Source: Phoronis australis
Lineage: Eukaryota > Animalia > Phoronida
Assembly (NCBI GenBank): GCA_002633005.1
Contig: NMRA01000570.1
Location: 184,572 to 248,571 of the forward strand
DNA: 64,000 bases
Reading direction: 5' to 3'
This document shows, in pieces, positions 39,318-54,200 of the stretch (the stretch's first letter is position 1; every line of letters starts with the position of its first letter). The notes beneath the pieces were generated by a model, which did not search any database, was not told the DNA's origin, and worked only from the letters and a program-made list of their open reading frames with translations. The translations under genes were made by a program, and so were the position numbers.

Positions 39318-40997
39318 AGGGTCCATAGAAAGATGTACATGAAATTAAATAACACTATACTGGTGCCTGGTCTGCCAGTTGTGAACACTGAATGTGATTC
39401 AGGGTTGAAAAACAGTTCGGTGACTGGAATAAAAAGGCCAATCAATCCTGCTATTCTATTGTCCTGATTTTGTAAACATTAAGTCTTTTTTATTTTCAAT
39501 AATCCGATATGAGACCAGCAAGCCACTCAAGACTCAAGTCGAAAATCATGCAATGCGAATAGTTCACTTGAAGTGAGACATGCAATGTATCGTTTTTTTA
39601 GTTGAATCTCGAGTAAAATTTTGCAATCCCTTGGTCTTGGTTCGTGGCCACCAAACTTTACTAGTTGATTTGAAAATTGATATAACATGGCATGTTTAGA
39701 GAATTCTTTTGAATTTCACACGATGCAGTTATCAAATTTTCCAAGTCATGTCTCAAGTTATGTTTGATGGACTCTTACACCAATATATTTAAAACCCTAT
39801 TTACACTGAAGATCAGAATCAATTTACTTTTAATCGATTTATCACAAAAATTTGAAGTTTCTACATCTACCCATTTATGGATTCTGTTGAGAAGTTGTGC
39901 TGTCTGCTAGAAGGATTCCTGTGGGTGCCCACTGAGTTCTCACATAGTTTTCGGGACATTTATTTATCATTTGTCAGTGGTGCACTATATAATTGTCACA
40001 GGAATATCAAAGTATGTAGTAAAATCAAATTGCATGGGAGATAATGGACAAATGTACAGACAGGAACTCAGATGGACACATGTGTAAGTATACTTCAAAT
40101 CCCCCATTGGAGTCAAATCTTTTCTCTACTTGTCCATACCTAACATAAGTTATGAGTCATTTTAAGTTTAAATTAATCCAAAACTCACCTATTTTCATGT
40201 TTGATTTATTCAAATTAAACCGCTTGCGCTTATACATGCGTCCTAAATCAATTTGAGTCCTGAACTGATTTTAAATTGATTGAAAATCTTCAGTATAGCA
40301 GGGCGTTACTGTTAACAAATGGATTGTTTACTTGCCGTAAATCATGGATGAGTTGACATTCCAGCAAATCATGTACAGTGCACTTACAGCAATTGTGTAT
40401 TGGGTGTTTGTCCAACAATAAAACACTGCATCTAATCATTAAAAGAGCTATTTGATTCTGTTTGAGAAAGGGATGACACTGTGAGAAAGCAGCTCTGCTG
40501 GCGACTCCTGCATGCTAGCTTACTGAATAGCGCCACCTGTTGTTAGTGATCTTGATACTGTAAAGATCCAGGTCTTCTACATATCATCAATAAACCCGTG
40601 TTAAAATATTGCACTTCAACACAACTGGTCCCCGTTCATTTCTTAAGTGAAACTTTGTCCCACTCCATTGTTGGCATCTGCACAGTTACACTGGGAACTC
40701 TTACATTATCTTTAGCTGGGGTAGCTCGGGCTATATGCATGTACCAACTATTCACATCAATTGAATTACTGAATTGCTATTTAAAATTATTTGACAGATT
40801 TGGTGTCTATGACTGCTGCCATGGACTCTTTGTTATTGACCATCGCAACGTTATTGACCGTCGCCCATGGCAACGATCAGGCAAGATTTTAATCGCGGAA
40901 TCCAGCACCCTCGGTTGACTTCACGTGGATATTTTGGGTCTCGGGGTATTATCCAGGCTCCTTCTTCGTGTCTTAGGGAATTGTTGACCTGGGCGTG

Positions 40998-43914
40998 TCA
41001 CGTAGCACTCTCATGGCACTGTTCTTGTTTTATTTTTGTCGTACACAATGATTGTGAGTCAATGTCGCTCGCACATAATGTGGTTTCCTTCTCGTCGCTG
41101 TTACCACAGTTTTTCAACGGAATGACAAACGGCCATGTCTGAAAATAAACAAATCAGGGGTAACATGTGAACTCGTATACAATTGTGTGTGGATTTCAGG
41201 AAATTGTAAAGATTAAGTGTTATTGTGACAAAGTTGTTTGGTAGACATCTGAAGGGATAAAGAGACTGTTTCCACTTCTACTAGAATAAGAAAACTTGGA
41301 ACTATTTTGAAAAGTAAGTGAGTGACAAGTTTTATACACAAAATGTCATTCATAAAAAGTCTCCACACTGAGGTCAAAGCTAAAGAGCAAAACGTGTAGT
41401 CCTCCGGGAAGTTGTCCATCAAGACCATATAGGCCTACAAGAATGTGAACTAATATCGAGTTCTTTCACAACTGGTTCAATCACGTGTCAGGAACGCAAG
41501 AAAGACTGGCAACAGATATTTCCAGTTTTCCTCCAATGCCCGCGTATCAACATTCTGTACATGTTGCCATGATAACCACATAAACTCAAAAAGGTCATTT
41601 GATGAATATGAATTAGTTTATGAGATTCTGGCAAAAACCATTGCTGCGCTTTTGTATTATTTTCGAGACACCTTGTAAACTAAACTGAGGTTCCTGCAAA
41701 GAAAAAAAAATAAAAACTAGTCTTTTTTACCAAGTGTAATTCTCTACTCAGAGCCAGTGCACACAAATGCAGCTATACATCGGGTGTACAGAAATGGGCC
41801 AAATTTTTACACGTTTTGAAAAATTATAAGACATACAGAAGGACTTTTTCTCATTTGACTTCTCAGTTGAGTAAAATATTTTACCCATTTTTTGAAAATG
41901 CGAACTTGGCATCGAAATTTTCGTGAAACGTCAAAAAACTTGATTTTTCCCCTGAACGCTGTGTCGTTTATTATTGCCGTGTGGAACAAAATCCGGTTTG
42001 TGGGACCACCTTTTGGTGCCGCGTGGATTTTTCTTCACCAAGATTTTATCTCATCGTGCATCACACGGAATTTATATAAAGGGCTCTGGCAAGTTAATGC
42101 TCACAACATAGGAGTTGACTTTTAAAAGAGTCACCACAAGGCTCTGTCTTTAAGGGTATTCTGAGAAAACCAAATAAGGCATGAAAATACCGCTCTATAG
42201 TTAATGAAATGAGTGCACTTTGGGTTGTTCCTGATGTTAAGATAAAAGATACAGAAGTGTCGAAATTACGATATTGTTTAGGGACATCGGTTGCCATGGT
42301 TTCTAAAATGAGTGTCTTGTTCGAGGCTGCAGACCTAATTGAGGACTAATCAGCCTGCGTGGAACTTCATATTATTAACTATGCTAATAGTGAACTAAGT
42401 TATTTTTTATAAAGTGGCTCGCAGTCATTGTTGATCGAGTAGCTATAGCCAGCTCAGTGAGTACAGTTTCCATATTGCAGATGTCGACTTTGTAAACGTT
42501 TTAAGAAGACCTCCATAGCTTAATAGGATATACATGTAGAGTCTTTGCTTCTTTAGGCTGATTTTCTATGATATCCTTCACCGCTTCTCTAGTCGGCGTG
42601 GAGGTTATACAATGTATTTTACACTTGATATCAGCAATGACATCTAGTCGTAGCCAAGTCACGGTTGTTGACGTCACTTTCTTAAGGTGGCATTAAGTGT
42701 GAAAAGGTGATTTTCTGAAATTAATCCCAGAGCCCCAGCGCGGATTGGAGCCTAGAACCTTTCCGGTCGCAAGCAAACGCTCTACTAATGGCTAGCTAAA
42801 TCAAACTCGATAAATGTCATAGCATTTTAAGGGTTTTTAATTGGTAAATTCCTCCACTTTGATTTCAGCCTAATATCTGACAGCCATCGGGAAGAATTTG
42901 GCAATTTGTAATAAAACCACAAAAACACAATGGACTTATTGTTTTATAACTCTGGTCAAAGTTATTATGACTCCAAAAAGTCTATCCCCTCCAACAATAA
43001 GCCTACAATGTTTGGCCGTAAAAACGTCAATGTCCCTTTAAAGACAATTCTTTATTCAGGTTAGAACACAAAAAGAGTATAATTAGTCCAGTGACGTCAG
43101 TAAAATACAAAAATTTCGTAAACTACGGTCCTGTATGTTGGTGCTTGTTTACTGGGAATTCATGAAAAGTAAGTTCGGTGCCCTTCAACTGAGGGGGCTA
43201 TTTTATTGGCGGCACCAGCAGAAATTTAATTCTGGTTATTTTGAAGGCGATTACATGTTGAAAAAAATTTTTTTTTGATAAAAGTTCATAGTAAATTATT
43301 GGTTTGCAGTCAAAGTCTTTTGACTCTGGTACTGAAGATTTTGTACATCCTAACGGGAATCCTCGACTGTCAATCTCCGACTGTACGGAGATTTTTATTC
43401 GATCCTTAAAACGTAACCAATACAAAGGTATTGCATCAATAACCCATTGGTAAAACATGTCCGCAAGTCAGAATGAAGGGATTCATGGAGAAATGTGTCT
43501 AATGTTTGTGTCGAACCAACGGCCCTACCTGGCTTCAAATCTTTAGACTATCCATCTCAAAAAGCTCTTGATTACATCGACCAACATGAAGTTTGTACAG
43601 CACACTCTTCAGTGCGTACATAAAACGACAACACTCACCAAACTAATAGGCTGTAGGGCTGCGGTGTCGGCATCTAACAGCAACATTTGTCGTAAGTGAG
43701 CGATGTAACTTGAGGCTAATCTCAGCGTGTCCAGTTTGGATAACTTTGTGTCCGCTGGTACCCATGGTAATGTTGTTTTCAGTTTCACAAAAGCCTTACT
43801 TAACACCCTCATGCGCGCCCGCTCACGCGCGTTCGCCGTATTCCTGTGTTTTATCGGCACCTTTATCTCCATTTCTTCATTGCTGCATCCGCAGTACTTC
43901 CGTCTCCGACCCAT
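40998..43914 (-). CDS. TCF21: bHLH transcription factor, TCF21/Musculin (MyoR) family, ~138 aa
   Basis: Exon 1 43914-43639: [55 protein letters not shown]...QPISL|GTGAGT; exon 2 41138-40998 starts TWPF, matching the family's HPVNL|TWPF motif and intron position. Confidence 0.92.
42690..43041. mobile_element. Degenerate repeat with minus-strand tRNA-like segment; related to 11873-12273
   Basis: Minus strand ~42730-42797 reads TAGC..GTAGAGCG...GGTTCTAGGCTCCAATCC (decayed A/B boxes); 3' part homologous to 12130-12273. Confidence 0.5.
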
Positions 43915-46900
43915 CTCGCTCGACTAACTCTTGTTTATTCTAGAAGTAAATGTAAACTGTAACTACCAGCGCACTGAGGTCGGGCTCACATTTCTTATAG
44001 GAATTCCTTTCGCGTATAAATTTAACTAGAGCATATTCAGGGGGAGTTAATCGAACCTTTACTTTAGAAAGGAACATTTTCACGAAAAAAAACCTTGCCC
44101 TCTTCCCAAAACGCTTACCACGCACCGCAAGAACTCTATAACCACGCACAGGAGTCCTTACCACGGAATCTGGACCCAGTTGCATAAAAGTTGTGCGCCG
44201 TATAACAACAATTATGTGACGCGTCACGTTGTTACAATGCACTTGACGTCATGCAACAATCAAACTTATCCAGCGGATAATTTTGAAGTTTTGTGCAACT
44301 CAACCCTGAACAACCACACTTTCCACGCACCACAAAGTGTTCGTTCCAAAATTGGGCAAGATAAGGGTACCTGTACGCAATTAGTTCTTCTGGTGCGTGG
44401 TAAGTCTGTTGTAGACTGTGGCAAGGTCCCAATCCTTCGCTTAGGGTTCTACTCCGTTGTTGGAATTAAGTAATCGATTACCACCTCCGATTTTGAGTAG
44501 CAAATGTGTTTGTCAATTATTGTTGCTATCGTTTAACACGAGCAAAGTAAATTGGAGCCCATAGTAAGTCATTGGTCTGGGGTTAAAATCAAGTTTGAGT
44601 AATACTTTAATTACATACAAATTTATAGCAATGCTTTGGCATGAACTTCAACCATCGTCGCACACATATTATTTTAATGCAAATAAGTTACACTTGGCTT
44701 TGATCATTTTATTTTCCACCCTTTCACACAGATGAAATTTCTATCTTGACTGATCGTCTCTGTTAAGATAAATGTCCCAAGGATCGAATGTATAAAACAG
44801 CAGCATTTCAAATGATCCATATCACTCATATTTGAAAATGCAAAGTTGCAATGTGTCAAACACTTAAGTTCTAATGATCGTATGTTGTTGAAATTGTTAT
44901 TCTGTGGCTAAATAAATATCATTGAAGTGACAAGTTCCAGGTCGTCAAATCGGTGTCAATGATTTTACATGAATAATAATCCTAGCTCAATGTTGACTTT
45001 AAAAGTCATTATTAAATACGCAGAAACAAATTTTAAATTGAAAGTTCACTCAATACCTGTACAGACAGCTAACACGAATAAAGGAATTCGCACCCTTTTC
45101 CATCAAAAATGGAATGGACCAAATCTTATTTAAGGATGCATAACAAACGTCGGAATTTTCGACAATTAATCACCGTGTTCTCTTTCACTCATCTCGGGAA
45201 CCCACGCATGACACTCTATCCGGTTGATAAAATGGTGTTTTTTCGTGTCACTGTTATGAATGAATCTGATAACACAACGTCTGCTCTACAGGCCCTGTCC
45301 CATTGTTTGCTTACATAAACATTTGTTCCTTTTTGATTTACGTTTCGTATACGATAAGCAATAAAAACGCGTCCAAATACTACACAACCACACTCCCCAG
45401 CGGAGTTTTTCCCTCCTGTTAAAGTCGTTAGGGTTATCACGAGAGTACCGCACGGCAAATCGGTTGTTTAACAGCTTATAAGTTTCGAAAACATACGAAG
45501 TGGGGGGCCATACACATTGATGGACAATTAGACATTCGATCTCTATCTTCGTTAGTCGGTGTTCGCTCAAACCGGTCGGTTATATTAATTAACAAAAGAT
45601 CAGCGAGAAATGCTAATTTTCAGTGGCTCTGGTCCTCATCCAAGCTGGAATGCCTAACGATGCATTTTACAAAAATTTTCAACTCATTCATTATGTAATT
45701 CTTCCAGACTAATTTTCGAGTTTCCAATGTTCAGCCTGATGAGCTTCTATCTGCTGCGCTCGGCTAATAGTTTACTTTCGCTAATTCAATTAGCAAAATA
45801 TCTGGAGAACATTTACTCTTAGTTTAACCGCACGGTGTGCGTGATTAATTGCTGCCCCGCGCGAGATGCAGCGATAACCCCATGGTTGACTCCATTTTCT
45901 CTCAATTTCCTTGACGTTTTATAAACAATCGAGACTCGCCCTACTATTAGTTTCCAATGGACCGATACATAGTTGGTTTATCATGTTAAAAGCTTTAAAC
46001 AACAATGTTGTGAAAACAAGCGTGGAATGGGTAATGTCAATAAAAAATCCCCATCCTGTCTCAACCATTGGCAACAAATAGTGACGCATTCACACGACCA
46101 AAACCTTTGTGCTCAACGCCGTTATATATACTGCAAATGAATTACCAATCAATCTGAGATCAGAAAATATTCAAGAAAGAATTAATATGTAATAAAGCTA
46201 GCTAAAATCGTGCTCCGTTTGGATTGTACACAATGCTCGAAGAGCGTACGAAGAGGTTTTTAACCAAACGATTTTGTATAACACTGATCACACTTTCGAT
46301 TGATCTAATTGCCTGTAACCTAAAATAATAGTTTGGACAGAAAGTTGAAAACTGGTACAAATGTAACGTTATTCAGCTCTGTAGGGTTTCCTTACCTGTA
46401 GAGGTTGATAAACCGTTCCCGGCATCAATACATGTGTGATCATGAATCAGCCCAAGGGTACTTCCATACGCACAGAGGCTAATTTTTACGAATAAATCTC
46501 ACATTAATTTATAACCATACTTAGATAAAAACAAACCAGCAGTTTCTGATCGGAGAGAAAAAGTTTCCGCAAAAAAGAACTGTGTTAAGTAATAACGGGT
46601 CATGGGCGGCACAGCACCGAAAAAAGTGGGGGCTAGAGTCCCTCCAGCCGCCCATGCCGATGAGAAACAACATGACCGCTTTACCCAAAAAGGTCCAGAA
46701 AAGGATACAGGCGGCTTTTGCCTGCCACACGACACGGAGTGCAACACCTTCCATGAGATTCTTACTCATATTGTAACAAGTAGCTCCAACGGCTGTGTAA
46801 AAATACTCAAGAATGTTGTGAATCATAGCGTTAGATAGGGCCCGTAACATCACACATCCGTTTCAAATATTGGAATGATTGATGCCCAGGAGAATGACTT

Positions 46901-49900
46901 CTGCCCGCAGTGGAATATTAATATTTAATAAAATGCAGATGTAATTTTAGGAGGCCGCTTCGGTGTTCAGTAGCAGCCAGATTTAAAACAACGCAACAGT
47001 TTATTTATTCAGGAAAATAGAATGAACTATGGAACACTGTGGCTTCACAATCAAATTTGGTATCTCGTTAGGCCAAAAGTTCTACTTTGATTTGTTCGGA
47101 TATATTTCTTTTAACATAAATTTGTCAACATGACTGTGTTAAGGAATTCAAGCAATTCTCCGCTATGGCAAAGCGCACAAGTTTGTACCCGTGTAGTTTA
47201 TACAAGTCGTTTTTCAACACGTTCGTCGGTGTCAGAGATCATGAGAGATAAAGCAATGGCGTCGGGCGACTCCGCTGAACACGTACCAAAATCAGACTGG
47301 TGCGTCCAATGAACTGTTTAATGATGTTACTTTATTCAAGAAAATCTGTTCTTGGTAGAAGAGAAAGCTGAGTTTGATTCATGAAAACCGAACTGATAGT
47401 TCGAATTAAGACAACGAATAGTCTTTTACTTTGATGAAGACTCTATGCCATGATTAAAGTTCCCATAGCAACAAAATGGACCACCAAGAGAGTCCTCTGT
47501 TTCCTGTTATATATGTGCACGCTAACCATTCTCTTTCTTCGTTGTTTTAGTTTGCCTTTTCTGATAATGAGATTTAAAAACTATGTAAAAACTGAAGATA
47601 TACGGTTAAGAGCTAGATATAAACGTGATGATATTTTTAGCAGAGCATTGCGACCTAACATTTCGCCTTTCTTTGCTGTTTGAGAGTGTTCACTGTAAAT
47701 AAATCCGTTTTATGAACTGATAAAAACTATATTACAAACATTCTATCAACAACTCAGCATCATCAAGACCAGACTGATTGAATGAAAGGCCATTCTAAAT
47801 GCTATAAAAGTTTCATTTTCATACCGTCCGAAAACTTCCTTACTGCTCTTATCTAGTTGAGTAAGACTTGTTGTTGAACAAAATGCTCATTTTGAAAAAT
47901 AGTTTCGCGCCATGCTTACAAGTTCATTTTCGTTGGCAAATTGTTCCGTTTTGGAGGCTAACGCCGCTGCCAGTGAAGTGTGTCAATGACAGTGTGTATA
48001 ATATGTTGTTGAAATCATCGAGTGGTACTTTCAAATTTTGACTAGATTTCTCGCCCAAATTATATCCAATGAAGTACTACATGGTGACATAATGACATCG
48101 ATAACTTGATATTAAAAATGGAAGGCCTTATTTTGTTATTCGTCTGTGCCAACGTGCAGCGAGAGACAACAAGAGAAACATTTGATTTTTATTACAAAAA
48201 TTCTTTTTGGAACGTGTTTCCGGAAGGTTCGCAAAATGAGTTCATTACTGAGGCTAGAGATATTTAATAATTTGGAGATGTGTTTCAATCCCTAGTATCT
48301 ACAGTTTTGGACTATTTTAAACGCCTTTACTTTTTCTCCAACATATCCTTTCGAGAGAAAAAAAGGCACAAGTATTTCAATGACTATTGTTTAAAAATTA
48401 ACCCTGAAAAGCGAAAACGATGCTGATAGAAACAATGGAATCAGTAGCTTCACGTGAAAATCATACCATGGAAAAGTAACGTCAAATTACAATTTCGTGG
48501 TAGGCCTACAATCATGCCCGTACTCACAGATGTTGAAAACGTCAGCCACCAGCAGTCTCAGAACGGTATTGGAACTGAGCGAGTCGTTGACAGACGAAGT
48601 CGGGAGGAGGGATTCCAAATCAGATGCCAGATTCTTTAGAAAGCCAACGCTTTCACATTCCAGATTCCAATTAAGTGTTGCGTTAAAGTTTGACATACCA
48701 CACGAATTGCTTTGTGAGTTCAACTTGATTTTGTTCGTACTCTCCGAAAAATTATGGTGTTCAGATTAGGATTATATGATTTTATCGTTTAACTGAAATA
48801 TTCTACGCATGAAAAGCATTTATTTCTGTCGTCACGGGGTGACTCAGCCTGTACAACCCAACAAACAATACGCGGATTTTGGCATGATAAACAATCGAAA
48901 GTAGAACATTTCTGATGTCATGTTTATGTTGATCGATAAAATTAACTCCACTAGTTTTGCGCAGACAAGTCTTTGAACTGGACCCTGGAAGCCGAAATAT
49001 AGTGTAAACTGTTAAAAAAAAAATAATAACAAATATACCTTGTCAGCATAATCCATTCAACAACACGTTCAATAAGAAATTCGTGACAATTTGATAGCGA
49101 GATTTTTGTCCTACGTTGAGAGAACATGATTTTGAGGAAGAACGACAAGTTAAACAAGAGCAACGCGTCCTCAGTGTCCATTGAGTGCAGCGCCACACGG
49201 GGTGGCCATTAGGCCTATTTTAAACATTCCCACAAATCCGTCTGAAACAGGGCCTGTCTGCTGTTGTCAGCGTGATGGTAACTTATTTGCTAAATTTCAT
49301 GAACATTCATCAAGAAACTTGATAGACACCAATGAATCACATTGTTACAAAGATTAGTTGAGAATGAGTAAAATGCTTAAAAATGTCTCTACCAGTGTCG
49401 TCCACTTAAACTGTACGCCTACTCTGACAAGGACATTTTCGTTTCATTCCAACTACCAAAAATGAAGTAGGTTACTGAAAGACACAAATGATGGCCTCTC
49501 GAATTCAACCACACCATTATGAAATGATTTAAATCCCAAAATATATTATCCAAGAAAGTTAATTTGATTTTAGATATAATTCAACCAAGGACATTACACT
49601 GATACCTATTATGCGGTTGCAGTACTAGCCTTGAATATGGAGCTGCGATTTTAGGAAACATTGTCACAGCACCGATATTAAGTAGTCTTTTGAATATCTT
49701 TTACACTTTCCTCACACTACAAGCTTTCGTGACGGCGTTCAGTTCTTATATATGATCATTTTTTAAGAATACAGCCGAAGTATCATAGGTCGGGGCATCC
49801 AAGTGTTCATCTTCTCTCCGGCAGTGGCAATCCTGAGAGGAGGGGGTGGTTCGCTGGAACAGAACTAATCAGTGAGGCTATGAGCCACGCCGACGAACTG

Positions 49901-50884
49901 TGCCCATAACTTGGCGTCACAAGTACTGAAGTGTCACAAATGGTACACGAGCGAACACTGGGTAAAACTAGCAGCATAATGAAATGAAATATGTAATGTC
50001 TACAACATATAACGGTTGAGGAATATAATTAGATGTAACTGTTAGAGTATTACAGTTCTTGGAGAAGAACCACTGACATCTCATAGTATGATTATTGATG
50101 GTGGCCAATTTCGTTTTCAATGTACAAGCACAGTCTATGAAAGAACAAATGATTTCTAAAAATTTATTTCCGTTGTTATTTATAAGTGGTTCAGCCATAG
50201 ACCACATACCATAAAAACTCCAGGCAGTTGTCGCTTGCGGTGGAATATCGGGCCCCTGTCAGGATCACCTAGATCCGCCCATTCTCTAGCGTCTTGCTTC
50301 AGTTGTTTCTCTAAAAGTAATTGACACTTCACGTGTTGTAAACTGACGGCGCCAACTCGTGATAATTATCAACACTAAACACTTTAGACCGCGTTACGTC
50401 AACCCATCAGTTACAATCGACCCCCTACTAACCTCCAAGTGTGTCTTTTTAATTTGACTCCTAATGTCTATATGCTTATCCTAATCGAGTACCCGCTAAC
50501 AGATGACCAAAACTACACTGCAACATACCTTACAATGCCCCTACTCTGATTCCCCTACGTTGTCTTTGAACATCAAACTAAATTACTTCTTTTAGAGGGC
50601 AAGGTAAAACTCGGACTTTAAAACAATTGGCGCATTTATTCTAAGTGTTTACGTAAAGAGGATCAAAGATTTATGTTTCGTTTTGTTTTTCTCTGTGTCT
50701 TCAGTCTGGAGAACGTGAAGTTTGTGGACTATTGTGATTGGAAGCGTTTGTTTGCCAGTCACCGAATACTGAGTCATACGGCTGCCGCAGTTTTACACAA
50801 ACGCCACTCAACTGTTGGAAGACACGTCACGTGCCGAAACACTTGAAGAGATTAAAAATTTCAGTTCACTTTGTTCTCATCTGA

Positions 50885-51245
50885 AGTCAGCTTTTCTTAA
50901 AGCTGTATCTCGCCCTGTTTTGAGAACTAAAAACGAAAATCGCTTTAGGTCATTTAATATACAATTAACGCTCTCATAACATTCCTTACCGTGATATGAC
51001 TCCATTTCCTTTTCTTACCAAAGTCACAAAATGCGTATACGCGCCAGTTTGCGGCCATTTTAAGATTGGCCAACCGCTAGTCACTGATGGTTTCGATATT
51101 CTTGTTGATAGTGGAAATAGACTTCTATCATGGTAAGGAATGTTACGAGACTGATTTTATGAAAGTAAAATGCTTAATTCAATTCTTCGTTTTTAGACAG
51201 TTCAACGCGGGGGCGAAATGCAACATTAAAGTTATAGCTCAGAAT
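50885..51245. mobile_element. Degenerate foldback element
   Basis: 50972-51009 vs reverse complement of 51113-51150: 32/38 identical; weaker pairing continues outward. Confidence 0.65.
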
Positions 51246-54200
51246 TGAAAACGATTTTGCTCATGTTGCTTGAAAGACCGATTAATCTTTAAACTCGAAA
51301 TATGTGATCTTTTGACACAGGCGTAATTTTTTGTGTCGCCGTAGACAAGCTACTAATATTCCCGGAGAGTATGGTTTTACACTAGCTGAGCCGTGGAAGG
51401 TATTTTTTTATGATGGCAGATCTACGCACTCTTTGAGCGCAAATTCAATTCTCAGCTATTTTGATTGCTGTTCAGAAAATACCGAGCGCGAGGTGTACGT
51501 CAAAAGTCGGGATTCAAATCATATGTTATCAAAACGGCAGTCCATACGATGGGTTAACGCGTTACGTAATAGTCTTAAGTTTGGACCTCGCTTTTTCATA
51601 AATTCTCAACAGGTGACGAAAAGTACAGTGTACTTTATTAACTCATAGACTATAGTACATGGACCGCCAACTCCGTATACTTTCAATGGACGAAATCTGT
51701 GATCTTACGCATAAATTTTCTGGTGTAATTTCCGGCAAGAACGTCGTCTACTAATCATGGTCGGCTAGTGTGTGGCCGGTTGTTCGCCCACACACGCGAA
51801 ATGCAAAGGAATTAGCTTCCATACCATCCGAAGACCCCATAATCAGCTGCGGGAAGAAAAGCTTTCTTCTTGTGCCTACGTGAATGGCAGTTGTTTCAGC
51901 AATAAGACTTTATACATTTGTTCAAGGCACTTCGAAGATGGATGTTTTTAAGAGGCTCTACTACTTAATCCTGTCCTGGCACAAATCCAATTTTCTTTTC
52001 TCCGTTTTGATGAAAACTATCTGGTAAATTTTTTGACGAAAATTGTCCGCTAAATTTCTTCCAAAGGTAGTGACTCATGAACTCCTGTCCTTACGAGGAA
52101 GATCAGTCATTGTCTAGTGAGCGAATTAACCAAATTACTTTCCGCTGGCCCTGATCAGACGGTTGGTCTCAGCAGAATGCGCACATTTGGCCAGGATTTT
52201 GATCAGCGATTTCAAAAACTTCACATTCGTGTACAAATAAATAGAACGCTGGTAAAACCTTTAACATAAATAACGATTATATTAATACTTCAGAAATAAC
52301 CACCTGGACCAGTCAAACTCTATCTTGCAATTCAACAGCAGGTTGCACAATATATGCCGCACAAAATCTCTCGACTGTACTGTATGAAAATGCAACCAAA
52401 TTCTTTGAAAACATGGAACAGGAACACCAAAGCGGTGTGAAGGTTGTTTTTATTCTTCAATGTTAAATTTTTGTAAGCGGACAAATGGTTTTTAAATTTC
52501 CGCCTTCAGTCCCAACATATTTCCAAACTTAGCCATTGAAACGAAAGTTAATGATGAAAACAAATTACTTCAACCAGTCCTATGTCACCTGTAGGGTACA
52601 TAATGAGCCAATTCCACTCCTAATGTAAGAAAAGGGTCCCGTGCATAAAGGATTAGTAATGGCCTTCTGAAATATAAGCGTATTCGCCCTAATAAGCGGA
52701 AAAATCCGCTTCAGGAAGGGGGCGCTTATGATAACCCAAAAGTGGTTGAAACCCGGTCTCCATCATAAGCTAGAATTCATCAAATTTACGCTCTTTGACG
52801 AATCTGTAACCTATGACAGAATCTCTACAAAACTGCAGTGCATTGCTATCAAACTTTGTTGCCACCTTACGAGCATTTTTCAGAAAATCCCACTGCCAAA
52901 ATTGCCGTGAATCAGGTTTCAAGCTCCTCAGCTTGGTATAACTATATACAGGAAGAGATAACCAGGAAGGGACAACTGTTTTAGCGCATTTTAAGGGATA
53001 TTCAAAAGTGATTTCAAAAGTAAATGTTAAAGTCGTCTGGAATCCAAGCATTGTGTTCGAAAGCTTAACTCTTTAGCTATAAAATGACACCACTTTGGTC
53101 CCCAAAGACTGCATATTAATGGCACTAGGATGCTTTGAATATGACTTGTTTTACCCTTAAAAAGATGCCTCTTCCCAGGCATGTACTCGGGCATGATCCT
53201 CTTTTTTGAACCAACNCCATAAATCACAAACTGTCCGATAACTATGCTGCTGTGCTATTGGGCAAGCAGACGACTTAATCAGTCGGCACCGAAGTTTGAA
53301 TTTTCTAATTTCTTACCAGCAACATTGCCAAAAGTGCTCACGATACCATCACTTACACTATTGAAAGACTTTGAACAGCGTTTCAATGCCGAAATTAATA
53401 TTTTTTCGTTGTACTGGACAGTAATGTAGATGCAAATATTTCTCTTTAAAATACACTAACCGGAAACTGGACGAGAAAGGTCAGGAGACTGGGGGTTCCT
53501 CTTGGCTAGCATGTAAGAAAATGCCGGAGTTGCGAATCTGTTGTCAATAATCTATGATTGACCCAAATACATCCTTTCTAAGTATTATGAGCAAGGAGTA
53601 AACTCCTTGTTATAAGACAAAACACCAAAAACAGACTTAGTGTTACTGAGATGCTGATTTTCTGAATTTGGTCTTCTGTCTTCATTGGTACCGATAAGCG
53701 GTTTTAACATAAACGTTCTTAGATCTTACATGTATGTCATGTGTCACCAAATATCCGGGCATCGCAACAAAACAGTTTTTTGAGATCATCTCAGTAACCA
53801 ACAGTTATGTGTATATTCTCACACACTTTGGATTTTTGCTCAAGTTGGATTTAAGTATTTTTATAAAATACTACTGTAATTATGAGGAGCGTCAGATCAA
53901 GTTTCTGAATTAGTCTTTTAAGTCACTTTTGAGACCCGGTGATGTTGCTAACAAATACTTTTTTAAACTTGAATTACTACAGTCCAGCATTACTTACCAC
54001 ATGATTTGATCATATAAATCTTGGTAAATTTTCCTATTTGTTATTTTCTTTACAAACACAAAGCTGTAGGATATGTTTGTATAGCCCAGCTGTATTTTAT
54101 AACATTCAATAGTTCTTCGAACTTCTGCTTCCAAGCGTTGTTTAAACTCAGAATTTAGACTTTTTTGAACAAAAATGTCAGGAGAAATGTTTTAAGAGAG

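Noticed and set aside
39315-39470. Cryptic PTS1 in ACOX-B by stop readthrough, or PTS2 in either ACOX
   Set aside because: Stop context is TAA-A, the extension ends LLS*, and no R-[LVIQ]-x5-[HQ]-[LA] motif is present in the leaders.
42730-42797. tRNA-like sequences (also ~11975-12040 and ~7950-8007)
   Set aside because: Decayed A/B boxes with no proper cloverleaf; embedded in dispersed repeats, so not tRNA genes.
46499-46853. Overlapping 64-110 aa ORFs
   Set aside because: No motif similarity or consistent splice structure; consistent with chance ORFs.
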